Below the pieces are notes generated by a model. The model saw only the letters and a list, made by a program, of their open reading frames with translations. It searched no databases and had not been told where the DNA came from. A stretch of DNA of 64,000 bases from Octopus sinensis (taxonomy: Eukaryota): NCBI RefSeq assembly GCF_006345805.1, contig NC_043010.1:4526001-4590000 (forward strand), in the 5' to 3' direction. Each line of letters starts with the position of its first letter. Position 1 is the stretch's first letter. This document shows, in pieces, positions 24,859 to 37,620 of this stretch. Made by a program: the position numbers and the translations under genes.

Positions 24859-24896
24859 CTAGATAATTTGTGAAAGCAAACCAAAACTAGGTGATT
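24859..24896 (-). CDS. Candidate alternative last coding exon of the protocadherin (ESPSFGLLSQII*)
   Basis: Minus-strand acceptor TTATAGTTTTCCAG| at 24897; open for 12 codons in the phase 1 required by the donor at 25308. No homology evidence. Confidence 0.25.
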
Positions 24897-25308
24897 CTGG
24901 AAAACTATAACTTAATATTTTACCACACTAGGAGTTGCTATGATAAAGTAAATGTCATTAAAATTTAACAAAAATTTGCAACGCCTTAGGAAGCTTGCTT
25001 CCACTTTCAGAGCTACATGTTGTGTGTCAATGATGAATCTTTGAAAATAAGTAATTTTGATTTGAAAAGAAGTTTAGATTTTCTAAAATGTATAAAACTG
25101 TGGTACATAAAGAGAAAATATATCATTTTAAAAATATTGGTTTAATGAGTTTTTGTGTCATTTTCCTTTGTTTTTGTTATTTTTGTAGTGAAATCATTTA
25201 CAAACAACTGTGAAGGCATAAGATAAAAAGGTGCTAAGAATCGTTAAATTACATGAATAAAATGTTGGTACATCTATTTGAGTGTTCTTAATTTGTAATT
25301 TGGCATAC

Positions 25309-25453
25309 CTGGAAGCTCTTCATAGTGTCCTGTGTCACCTTCACTTAAACCATGTCCACTATCAGCACAAGAAGATATTGCAGATAATTCACTAATACGT
25401 TCTGGGACTGTAACTGTATTGTCTTTTTTACCAACACCAGATGTCACTGAAGA
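25309..25453 (-). CDS. Protocadherin cytoplasmic exon (SSVTSGVGKKDNTVTVPERISELSAISSCADSGHGLSEGDTGHYEELP)
   Basis: Open 48-codon frame with DSGHG (similar to the protocadherin CM1 DSG.G motif), an upstream polypyrimidine tract, and donor CAG|GTATGC at 25308. If unspliced it reads on GMPNYKLRTLK* to 25274. The exact acceptor is uncertain. Confidence 0.75.
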
Positions 25454-25596
25454 CTCATGTGAAGAAAAGGAGAGAAGTTTCAGAAAACAACCTCACAAAA
25501 TACAAAAATCTGATTTGCATGATAAGATTACAAGAATCTGATTATAGAAAAAATATACACATCATTGCATAATGGATACCATGCATATCACACAAA

Positions 25597-25985
25597 GTGG
25601 AGGCGCAATGGCCCAGTGGTTAGGGCAGCGGACTCGCGGTCATAGGATCGCGGTTTCGATTCCCAGACCGGGCGTTGTGAGTGTTTATTGAGCGAAAACA
25701 CCTAAAAAGCTCCACGAGGCTCCGGCAGGGGATGGTGGTGATCCCTGCTGTACTCTTTCGCCACAACTTTCTCTCACTCTTACTTCCTGTTTCTGTTGTA
25801 CCTGTATTTCAAAGGGCCGGCCTTGTCACTCTCTGTGTCACGCTGAATATCCCCGAGAACTACGTTAAGGGTACACGTGTCTGTGGAGTGCTCAGCCACT
25901 TACACGTTAATTTCACGAGCAGGCTGTTCCGTTGATTCGGATCAACCGGAACCCTCGTCGTCGTAACCGACGAAGTGCTTCCATC
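25597..25985 (+). mobile_element. Young full-length tRNA-derived SINE (family C) in the protocadherin intron
   Basis: A box TGGCCCAGTGG, B box GGTTTCGATTCCC, CpGs intact; 12-bp TSD CATATCACACAA at 25584-95 and 25986-97. Confidence 0.9.
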
Positions 25986-27467
25986 CATATCACACAAGAA
26001 GGTATCATACCGAATAATATAACAGTTATGATAACATGGTTGTAAAACAGCATATCATTTATAAAAATATTATATATTGTGTTTTTCCCATGATGCTTAG
26101 GTGTTGCTCGCAAGAATGATCTGGTGGCTTGTACCACAGTTCCACAAATTGTTTTAGGTGTCTATGTTGCATAAGCAGGTATGTATATCCTTTCAGCCTT
26201 TCTAATCTTGTCTCAAGTGAACATTATGACCATGACAGCTCGAGGGAAAGAGGTCAGCAGCTATTAATTTTCATCTGAGTAAACGTGAGCAGCATGAAAT
26301 GATGTCTCGCCCGAAGACGATGCAATGTCTAGCCAAGGAATCATACACATGACCTTACGACCATGAGCACAACATCTTAACCATTAGGCCACATGCTTCT
26401 ACTCCTCAATAACATGCAGTAAAACAGTATATCATTTATGAAAAGATAAAATATTACACAACTCTGTCACCCCTGCCATCATAAATACCACTAAGAAACA
26501 TAATCATGAATATTATAATTAAATAGCAAATAGATGGTTATGCTTTTGTTTTATTTTTCTTAGTTTATCAGTAGCTCTCCCTTTAAACAACTATTTTCCT
26601 GAAGTTTTAAATCTGTCTTTAATTCATTTGTTAATGGAAACTATTCCTTCTATTCTCATCTTATGCTCACATCACTATAGTCTTCACTTTACAAGCAGCA
26701 CCTATTTCCTTAACTACACTTGGCTCATTATACCAGAGACTCACTTTATAGATATACCACATTATACTCATAATAAGGTGTGGGAAGATATATTAATCTA
26801 ATTTCAGTGATGAGGGAAATATTTTTGACAAAGTCTATATTTTCCACTATAGTTTTACAACCACAAAGTTCCATACTTCCCAGTTCCTCTCCTTGCATTT
26901 TACTCTTTCAGATGAAAAGTAAAACCTAAACCAGAAAAATATCATCTTAAAAATATTGTTTCACATAACATGATATCACACAGCAGGATATCATGTAAGT
27001 CATTGTACAATATAACGTTATATCAGATGTCATCATCATATGGCATGACTTCACATAACAACAATACTATATATGAAATCTTTATAACATGAGATGCATT
27101 GAAATTTTAGAAACATATTAACTGCCTGCAGTCCTAAAGTTGTATTATTTGAATTAAGAAAATGAGAAATGCTAATTATTTTTAATTTAAGTTTGCATCA
27201 TATTAAAATAAGAATTAATTAATTACCTTTCATTACAAGAAGAAAAACAAAAAACTTTTCCATAGAATTATTGAAAAATTCTAATAAAATGTTCATCAAT
27301 GAAAGCATGACTTAAAGGTGAGAGTATTTTAATTTGCCTTCTGTTATGTAAATAACTTTAAATTAGTTGAGTGTAGAATTGTTTAATGTATGCCTAGAGG
27401 TTTTGTTGTATATATTTCACAATCTTCCATACATAGATGTAGCTGTATCATTATTTTAAGGACATAC

Positions 27468-29900
27468 CTGATGTGTCCATTCTGTAATATCCTGGAGATG
27501 TATTCCTGAATTTGAAACTTTCCAACTATGTCCTGATTCATAACCTGACTGCGGTTCTCGTCTTGGTAATGTTGATTGTGAATTTCTTGTATTGGCAAGA
27601 TCTGTTACCATAGTAACTGGGGCATCATATTGAGGTGATATTTGTTCACAAACATAACCTGATTGTATTCTTTGATCTAAAAATTTGTTAGAATCATTCA
27701 CACCACCATGATATTGGACATTTCGGCGATTTTTTCTATGAATAATACAGATTGCCATAGAAACTACAATAGCTATTGATATTATTACAGCCGCAACTAC
27801 AATAATAATCACAAGGTTTAGATGTATTTTATCATCTGACTGTGTGTCTATTGCTGTGAACATTTTTGAAGTCTTATTACTAACAGTCAGTATCAGTGAA
27901 AGATAAGTTGTTGCAGAGAGCACTGGTATTCCACCATCTTTCACAACAAGTTGAAGATCATATGATCCAGCATCATTTTGATAGACAGGTCGTGAAAAAG
28001 ACATCACACCTGTGTATGGGTTGACTGTGAACAATTGTTTATCATTTCCCCCTTGAATTTCATATCGTAGAAAAGCATTGACATGACTGTCTCTGTCAGA
28101 GGCTCTTAATGTTGTGATGTCATGCGTGCTTTTGGGTTGGTAATAAATATCCAGTCTGAAAGGGTTGACACTAGGAAATGTAAAATAAGGAGCATTATCA
28201 TTTTCATCCATGACTTCCACAACAACCTTTGCAGTATTGTTAAGTGATGGTGAACCATTGTCTTTTACTATAACTTGCAATTCATAAATATCTTGCTTCT
28301 CTCGATCTAGCGATTGTGTTGTTGAAATAAATCCAAAATTAGAAATCTTAAATGGAAGCATGTTTCCTTTATTGCTGAACAAAAAATATGACAGTTGACC
28401 TCCAGCTCCCAGATCAGGATCAGTAACTTTTATGAAGCCAATTGGAAAATTTGGCTTCTCGTTTTCATAGGTAAGAAATTTGAAAGTGTCTTTCATAAAT
28501 TTGGGTTGCATATCATTGATGTCAGTGACTTGAATCGAAAACATTTTAGTTGTTTCCAGAGATGGTGAACCTTCGTCTTCACATACAATTGTAAAATTTA
28601 TATGGCTCTCTGTTTCTCTGTTTACTTGACTCTTTATTACAACTTTGTATTTGTTTTTCCCTAAGCTTTGAAGTTGCAGTTTATCATGACGAAGACTGCA
28701 CGACACTTCTCCATTATGTCCGCTGTCACTGTCAGTTACCTTCACATAGGCTATGAAACTACCAACTTTGACACCCTCTGAAATAGTAACTTTGTTGCCT
28801 TTAGATTTGGAAACAAATTTCATTTCTATTTGTGGTGCGTTATTTTGCTGGTTGATCACATTTATAAGAACAATTGTAGTTGAACTTAAAGGTGGAACTC
28901 CACTATCAGTTGCTTCAATGAAGAGCTTATATTTTTGCCTTCGTTCAAAAGAAAAGTTGTCCCAAAGGAAAATTTCTCCAGTTTGTTCATTTAGGTTAAA
29001 ATATGTTTTTGCAAGTTCTGAAGTTTCAGAGCTAAAATGATATGTAATTTGGCCATTTTTTCCATGATCTAAATCATTAGCAGACAAAGTAAGAATCGGT
29101 ATATTTTTCTGGTGTTGATTATTGATAGTAACATTGTATGTATTTTGAGTGAAAATTGGTGAATTGTCATTTTCATCTTTAATGTCTATTAGAACTTTTA
29201 AAATTCCTTGTTTCGAAGGAGATCCTCCATCGTTTGCAATAACACGGATACTGTAGTTGTTCTTCTGCTCTCTGTCAAGCTTTTCTTTCAGAATGATACC
29301 AAGTTTTGATGTTCCATCGACTTTTTTGGAAACTGATAAAATGAATGGGTCACTCACACTCTTGTCAAGTCGATAAGAAATTTTAGAATTAGAGATACCA
29401 TAATCTCTATCAACAGCATTTGGTATTGATTTAGTTGTACCTTTGCCATCTGTTTCTGAGAACTGGAGATGGATCTCTTTATTTGGAAACATTGGAGAGT
29501 AGTCATTGATATCTTCAATGACTATTTTGATTTCTAATATTTTGAAGAATGACAACTTATGTTGAACTGCAACTTCTACCATTTTAGAACATTTAGCGTT
29601 ATATTTGCACAGAGACTCAGTATCCAAGATTTGAGCTGTATATAGTTTCCCTACTTCAGTCACATTAAATAGGTGATTATTTCCGTTCAAGTTTTCATGT
29701 AATTGACTGAATGTAATCAAATTCCTGTCTTGATGTGGAAAACTGTCAGCAAATTGTGTATCAGCAGCTATGTCCCCAATGTAAGTTCCTGGGGACATTC
29801 CTTCTTCTACATAGTAGATAAGGTCTACACAATGAGAAGGTTCTAGAAGAAACAGCCATAAACACAGCTGAGCCAACATAACCTTGTGGAAATTTTTCAT
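27468..29900 (-). CDS. Protocadherin, cephalopod expanded-family type; large exon encoding signal peptide, EC1-EC6, TM and proximal cytoplasmic tail (811 codons)
   Basis: Signal peptide aa ~1-24; six cadherin repeats with DxD, LDRE, xDxG and DxNDN motifs; EC1 Cys-X5-Cys (CKYNAKC); TM aa ~696-720 followed by HRKNRR. Acceptor TTTATTCTAG directly precedes the ATG; phase-0 donor CAG|GTATGT at 27467. Confidence 0.96.
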
Positions 29901-30226
29901 CTAGAATAAATTAAAACCATTTCAATCAGTGCTTTCAGAAATTACAACTACACATGAAAAGTTGGTATATTAGACAGACTTCTAAGATCTCATGGTTATT
30001 TTAACAAATAATAATAATAATAATAATAATATATGCTCATGTTGCCTTTGTAAATACAAACAACTACAAAATAATGTGTTTTTTTGAAATATTTCCAAAC
30101 ACAAAATTATCTTTTCATTATTGACAAAGATGGAATTGTTGAGAAGAAAGTATGAAATAAGAAGGAGGATATACATATATATATATATATATATATACAT
30201 ATATATACATACATATATATATTATA

Positions 30227-30269
<43 letters not shown>

Positions 30270-30806
30270 CATATATATATATATATATGTATATAAATAT
30301 GTTTATACATATAAAGATAAAAATATTAGCTCTGTTTCTTTCTTTCTTTTTTCTTTTCTTTCCTTCCTATTATTGAGCAAAGGCAACAATTACAATCCAT
30401 TTTGCCAGAAAGAAACTTTACAGCAATTCAAAATGCTTAGTTCCCCACATCTTTCTCATGCTGTTTGTAAGCTTTTGAAATGTGCATTTCTGTTGTCATT
30501 AAAAGATCTTTTCACAGGAAAATTGTAGAGAAAGGAAACGAATTTAGGAAAACGTGCTTGTTAAAAAGATAAGAAAAATATAAAAAAAGGAAACATTCTT
30601 ACAGTTGATTTGAAAGACTTGAAAGCTTACAAAAATGACAGCATATTTCACTATTGAAAATATCTTTATTATATACATTAAAATAATACATCACACATTT
30701 CAATTCTTGTTTGGTTAAATGTGTGTGCATTATTCTTTTAAAACAAGCTTATTATATACATTTTTATATATGCATATCTATCTATTTATCTATCTATATA
30801 TGTATG

Positions 30807-30869
<63 letters not shown>

Positions 30870-30897
30870 ATATAATATATATATGTATGTATGTATG

Positions 30898-30954
<57 letters not shown>

Positions 30955-32600
30955 ATGTATGTATGTATAATATATATATATATATAATATATATATATAT
31001 AATTTTAATGCTGTTTACAAGAGAAAATCTCTTATCTGTATTGTGTACACTGGAATGTAAACTAACCAAGAGTTTTCTTATTGAAAACTACTGAACAGCA
31101 AGAATAATAATAACAATAGTAATAATTATAAGAAACAATATGATAGAGAAGTGGAACAAGAAACGGAAGGAAGAAGAAAAGGAAGAAAATGAGGAAACTG
31201 GAGGGGAAAAGATGAAGAAAGAATGAGAGGTAAAGAGAAAATAGAGAAGGAGGAAGAATAATCAAATAGATAATACTTTAATAACAATAACAGATTTACA
31301 TAGTTAAGATAACATCAAAATCTTGTCAAAAGAAATCTTGATAATGTAGTTTTAACAAAAAGTTTTTTAAAAAACCATTCAGGTGTTATTAACAAACATT
31401 TTGACAGCTAAGAAAATAAACGATTGTAAAGTTGCAAGATATTAATTCACTTTTACTTCAAGAGATGGGTGGAATGAACCATATCAAGAAAATACTTTAA
31501 AAACTAGAGACTTAATAGAAATTTTTTAAAAAAAATACTACTTTATTTTGCAAAATTAAATTAAAAATTACTAATAAAATTGAAGTAAAAGAAGATGCAT
31601 TGGGCAAAAAATAAAGAAAAGAAATTCTTAATAAAAGAACAAAAAACTTCCATTTTATTAGTTTTCAGTGCAATATGAATCAGTCCTACGTGTATTTGAA
31701 GTATGATTTTTTTACATTTTTGGTATATGTACATATATTCACAAAGATAAATGCCAATGTTTTATGTTCTTCATATATATATTAATATACATACTCAAAT
31801 GTATACACACACTCACACACACACACACACACATATATGCATATTAATAAACAAATACACATGAGTGTGTGTGCAGGTGCATGCATGAATGCAAGCACCT
31901 GTTTGTATATGTGTGTGTGTGTGTGCGTGTTTGTGTACATCTGTGAATAAAGAACAAGCATATAACTAGTTAAATCTGTTTGAAATTAAATTGCTTTTTT
32001 AGAATTAAACACCTAGCAATTACATTACAGAAAATTCTTCAGAAGTCCAAGTTAATTAATGACAGAATTTTTTTTTTCCAAATTTTTTTTAATATTTTTG
32101 GACAAACATAAATATATTTTCAAAAATCTCAGTAGTTAATACTGCATAAAAATAGTAAATTATTTCACAAAGTGATATTTATATATAAGAATTTAAATAT
32201 CCTTTAAAGTATAACTTTTTATGTTGATGTGTTAGAGTTTCTAGAGTATCAAATTACTTTTATTTTAAACAGGTTGACTGTTTGTTGCAAATGAACAATT
32301 CTATCTACATATATGAATTTCTCAAGCAGATAAACTTTGCACTTTATATACAGACTTTTCAATAGGATGACATGCCAACACACAGATCAATAACATACTG
32401 CAATGGCACGTATTTCTTAGATATTTCTTAACAGATTGATGCATAACTTTGGACCAGCTTATATAGCCTTATGGGCTAGAGTAACAGAGGGTATTTAGTA
32501 TAATTTACAAAAAAAAACAAAACAGCCGCCTGTGTTATTTTATAAACTGAGTATGCTTAGTCTGTTATGTGATATATATTATACTGTGATAATAATAATA

Positions 32601-32657
<57 letters not shown>

Positions 32658-32923
32658 TAATAATAATAATAACAACAACAATATCTACTTCTCCCATTAG
32701 GAGTACAAAACACAAACAAGCAGGTAAGTAAATAGACTATATTATTCACAATGTTATGATAAAAGAAATTTTATAGAAAGAAAATACACATGATTAGTAA
32801 CTGACAATACAAGATATAATATTTTACAATTAATGATTGTTAGTGTATTATTAGTATTGTATATATATATATATATGTGAAAGAGAATGAATGGTATAAA
32901 AATTAGCAAGAAAAGCTACTCAC

Positions 32924-33060
32924 CAATGCAGATAAAATCCTCCAAAGTTTATCGTTAGATGTGATGTGTATCCTGCTGTAGAGTTAGTTCTATCGTTACT
33001 ACTGCTGATATGTGCTGCCAGTACAGTGTGGCTTGGTCTGTGTTGTTGTGTGAATATGGG
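32924..33060 (-). other. Probable non-coding first exon (5' UTR) of the protocadherin
   Basis: Unique, GC-richer island ending in donor TTG|GTGAGT (32923-32918); no minus-strand ATG between 33117 and 32924. The coding exon begins with an acceptor, so an upstream exon is needed. TSS position is a guess. Confidence 0.6.
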
Positions 33061-33104
33061 AGAGTGGTCCGCAGCTCTACCAAATAGGGTGTGTATGTAA
33101 TGTT

Positions 33105-33172
33105 TGCTGCAGCCAATCATTGGCTGTTTGTGGTTCCTATGGAAGGGAAATAAAAACCCTGCCCACCCCTAA
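33105..33172 (-). promoter_or_regulatory. Candidate protocadherin promoter: palindromic double CCAAT box plus CACCC/GC box
   Basis: CAGCCAAT-C-ATTGGCTG at 33110-33126 (perfect 8-bp arms) and CCCTGCCCACCCC at 33157-33169, immediately upstream of the candidate exon 1. Confidence 0.6.
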
Positions 33173-33919
33173 CTCTCAAAACACACAAGTAGATTAAATG
33201 AAGAGTTGATCGAATTCAAATAATATTTGTGAATGTCTCCATACAAGTTCATGTTTATGAATTTATAGATATGCTATGTGTTTATACACACAAAACTACT
33301 GCATGCACACACACAGGTTGTACCTGTGAACATGTGCTTGTGTCGAGATGTAAATTGCCAGATATAGAAGCTAACAAAAATGTATTAAGGTATACAGTTG
33401 TTCACACACACACACACACAGATGCATGCATACATATACACATACATACTCACACACACAAATATATATAGAGAAAGATACAAACATTCATATACACACA
33501 TGCACAAATATATATATATATATACACACACACACATGTACATACACATATGTATATATACATAGGCAGGCATATACACATATACATGTATAAATGCATA
33601 TATTGTTTATATCATGTGTGTGTCTATTTGAATATATATGTGTGTGTGTGTGTGTGCAATACACACACACAAACATGTGCATCAGTGAATGAATGTATAT
33701 ATATGAGGGTATACATATATCTCTCTTTATATAAACAGTGCTTATTTACTTTTGTAACAAATTATAAACATAACTTGTGCACACAATAGTGTCAAACATA
33801 CTCACACACAAACAATGATTACTGCACACATGCAAACATATATACATACATATGTGAGTGCGTATATATATATATATTTTTTTCTGTTCTTTAATTTCTT
33901 ATACATATAAATATATATA

Positions 33920-34111
33920 TATGTATGTGTATGTATGTATGTATGTATGTATGTATGTATGTATGTATGTGTGTGTGTGTATGTATGTATGTATGTATGT
34001 ATGTATGCATGTGTGTATGTATGTATGTATGTATGTATGTATGTGTGTGTGTGTATGTATGTATGTATGTATGTATGTATGTATGCATGTATGTATGTAT
34101 GTATGTATGTA

Positions 34112-34146
<35 letters not shown>

Positions 34147-34150
34147 ATGT
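33920..34150. repeat. (TATG)n/(TG)n compound microsatellite
   Basis: Directly visible. Confidence 0.95.
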
Positions 34151-34434
34151 ACACAGACACACTTTCACACACAGAAACAGACTGATGGAATGGAGGAGGA
34201 GGGGTTAGAGGAGGAAAAATAGAATGTGAAAATTTCAAGATACATATGTACAGTCAATTGATCTAAGTTAATCTTATGCATTAATTGGCTATTTCATTCT
34301 CCACTTGAAATTAGTTTTTTAATAAAAGCTAATTATAAATTACCCTTCAGAGTAAAATCTATTGAATTCTAGATGAAAAAAAAAGAAGATGAGCAAACAA
34401 CAAAATAATATATCTAAAATAGCTTCAAGAACAA

Positions 34435-34474
<40 letters not shown>

Positions 34475-34502
34475 GCCTGTTACTTTTAATTCACAGAAAA
34501 AG

Positions 34503-34535
<33 letters not shown>

Positions 34536-35157
34536 ATTTAAACTAGAATTTCATTGTAGTCTGCATTTTGACTTATTTTTCTATCCACATGTTATACAAA
34601 AAGTTTAATAATATACAAGATCTGAAATGTTAACCTCTGAAACGATTATTACTAATAATGCATACCAAAGTTAAAGAATAAAATTAAAAAAACGTATTTA
34701 AAAACAAAAAAAAAATACAAGGCAAAGCAAAAAAAAAAAGGTGAAAAAAGAAAGCCTCAATCTTATCTTGCCCTTCACTTCAGTATCACATGGGAATTAA
34801 TGGTCAGCAGACAAAATAAAAGTTGTTCTCTTTTGCATAACTAATATAATTATTGTCGTTATCATCATCATCATCATCATCACCACTGAGGTGGCAAGTG
34901 GACAGAATTGTTAATGCATTGAATGAAATGCTCAGGTTTTTTTCTTTTTTCTATGTTCTGACTTTGATTTCTGCTGAGATTAGCCTTACCTCTCATCCTT
35001 TTGGGGGTCAATAAAATAAGTACTAGTTGAATACTGGGAAGCAATGTAATTGGCATACCCACCTCCTAAAATTTCTGGCCTTGTGCTAAAATTTGAAACC
35101 ACCACCATCACCACTACCCCGCCGCCATTACCCTTTCCCTGCAACCATCATTCTCTA

Positions 35158-35382
35158 TACTCTTTACTCTTTTGCTTGTTTCAGTCATTTGACTGTGGCC
35201 ATGCTGGAGCACCGCCTTTTTTTAGTCTAGCAAATCGACCCTGGGACTTATTTTTGTAAGCCCAGTACTTATTCTATTGGTCTCTTTTGCCGAACTGCTA
35301 AGTGACGGGGACGTAAACACACCAGCATCGGTTGTCAAGCAATGCTAGGGGGACAAACACACACATGCATACATATATATAT

Positions 35383-35426
<44 letters not shown>

Positions 35427-35590
35427 TACGACAGGCTTCTTTCAGTTTCCGTCTACCAAATCCACTCACAAGGCATTGGTCGGCCCGGGGCTATAGTAGA
35501 AGACACTTGCCCAAGGTGCCACGCAGTGGGACTGAACCCGGAACCATGTGGTTGGTTAGCAAGCTACTTACCACACAGCCACTCCTGCGT
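35158..35590 (-). mobile_element. SINE family A
   Basis: Same head, core and tail as the other copies. Confidence 0.9.
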
Positions 35591-35953
35591 CTATCATCAT
35601 TTATTATTATTGTTGTTGCTTTTGTTGTTGTTGTTGTTATTAGTTTTGTTTCAGGTTGGAAATGTTTAGGAAAATATTATAAAGAGAGAGAGGAGAAAGA
35701 TGAAGATAAAAGAAATATATTTTGAAAAGACCTCAGGGTTATATTTATAAACTTTTGTGAAAATAGATATCTTGGAAAGAAATAAAAATTTAGGAATTGC
35801 AAACATATTTATTCTTCATATTACTTTTAAATCTATTTTTTAAATTTATTTATTTATTTATTTTTTATTACAAACAAATTTTCAGAAATTTATCTATATG
35901 TCTGTCTGCATACATATACATGCACAAAACACACACACATGCATGCATACACA

Positions 35954-35984
<31 letters not shown>

Positions 35985-36262
35985 CACACACACATATATA
36001 TACACACCCCACTATCCTTTTTGGTTTTTCGTTCCTTCATTCTTTCTTCCTCTGTTTACACACACACACACACACACATATATATATTTGTGTGTGCATG
36101 CATATATATATATATATATACATCATCATCATCATCATCATCACCATATATATATACATTTGTATACATATACACATGTATTTATATAAATGTATGTACC
36201 TGTATATAGATATGTATGTGTGTGCGTGTGTATGTGTATATATGTGTGTGTCTGTGTGTATG

Positions 36263-36296
<34 letters not shown>

Positions 36297-36899
36297 ATTT
36301 ACACCCATATGGTGTATATTGTATGTATATATATGTACTGCATATGTATATACATACACATATATATAGTTTATTTTGTGTATTTTCTTTATTACTCTCT
36401 TTTAAGCGAGCTTTACTTTCTCAGCATCAAAATAATTAGATCCAAATTGAGGATTGATAAAAAAAATAAACACCATTCTAGAATATTGCATCTTAAAAAT
36501 CCTTCAAGCACAAACAGAGTCAAAAATAAGCAGTAAATGAACAAAGTGTAAGGCAATGTAGCTTCAAATAGATATAGCATAACAGATTGCTACAATAAGG
36601 AATGATTGACAGTTTAGAAATAAATATATAAAAACTTTTATTTATAAATTTGAATGATATTCTTTTATTTTTTCTTTGTTTGTTTGTTTGTTTCTTCATC
36701 TTCGAAGTGATCATATGATAAAGAAAATTATCAGTTATTTTTAATATCGATTTCAGTTCATGTACATCTGAATATGGTTATTTTATTTGTTGCTGCTGTT
36801 GCTGCTACTGTTTTATGAAAAGAAATGACATTAAAATCAAGATATTTTGATTGTGACATGTATCATAAATGCTATTCCATAGATTTTATTTTGCAGGAG

Positions 36900-37620
36900 T
36901 TGTTATCGATCTATTATTTGCAGCTTTCCCTCTACCCTTTCAAATTTATCCACCGCACTGCTTTTGCTGATATTGTCCGCTAGTTTGTTCTGCATCACCG
37001 CCTTCAGTTTGAACGATTCTTGCAGAACACTTTTACTTGCATGGACTTGGAAAATAATCCCCTCTCCCATTTGCTCTCACGCTAATCTGGTGCCTAATCT
37101 CCTGGAAGAGGCTTGCATTGAGTCTTGAGACATTATTCAGAGTCTAACAGACTCCAATAGCAACTCCCCAGCTGCAGCAGTCAGGCAAAGATGGCAGTTG
37201 GCATATTCTGAAGTGCACAGCTCATCATGAGGTTTAGATTTGATTCCATACAGTTGAACTGCTTCCAAGGAATTTACATTTTTTGCCAGATTTTGTTACC
37301 ATGCTGCTTCTGCATATTCTAAATGTGAATGTATCTAGTTTTAATACAGACCAATTGATATATCTTTCTCTTGGCTGACCACTGCTGGACTCAACCAGCA
37401 GAGCATTTGATTGGCTTTGTTAATGGCGTAAATCCTCTTACCATTTGCCTTAGATCTCTTTCAATCAATACTATGAGGTCTTACCCTACATCACTGTCTT
37501 CTAGTGTCTTCTAATTGATTGCATTGAACACTAAGCTACATTTATTGAAAACTGCCACCTTCTATCCTGATCAGAAACAGCATGGTTGATTTAAATACCA
37601 CTGCTCCAGTAAAAGCTGTT
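36900..37620 (-). mobile_element. Highly degenerate CR1/L2-like LINE ORF2 fragment
   Basis: Minus-strand remnant EYAEAAW.QNL...NSLEAVQ resembles CR1 LEY...W.P......LE.VQ; many stops. Confidence 0.4.

Noticed and set aside
28753-29040. 95-aa + strand ORF (also 25332..25541 +)
   Set aside because: Antisense shadows of protocadherin coding exons.
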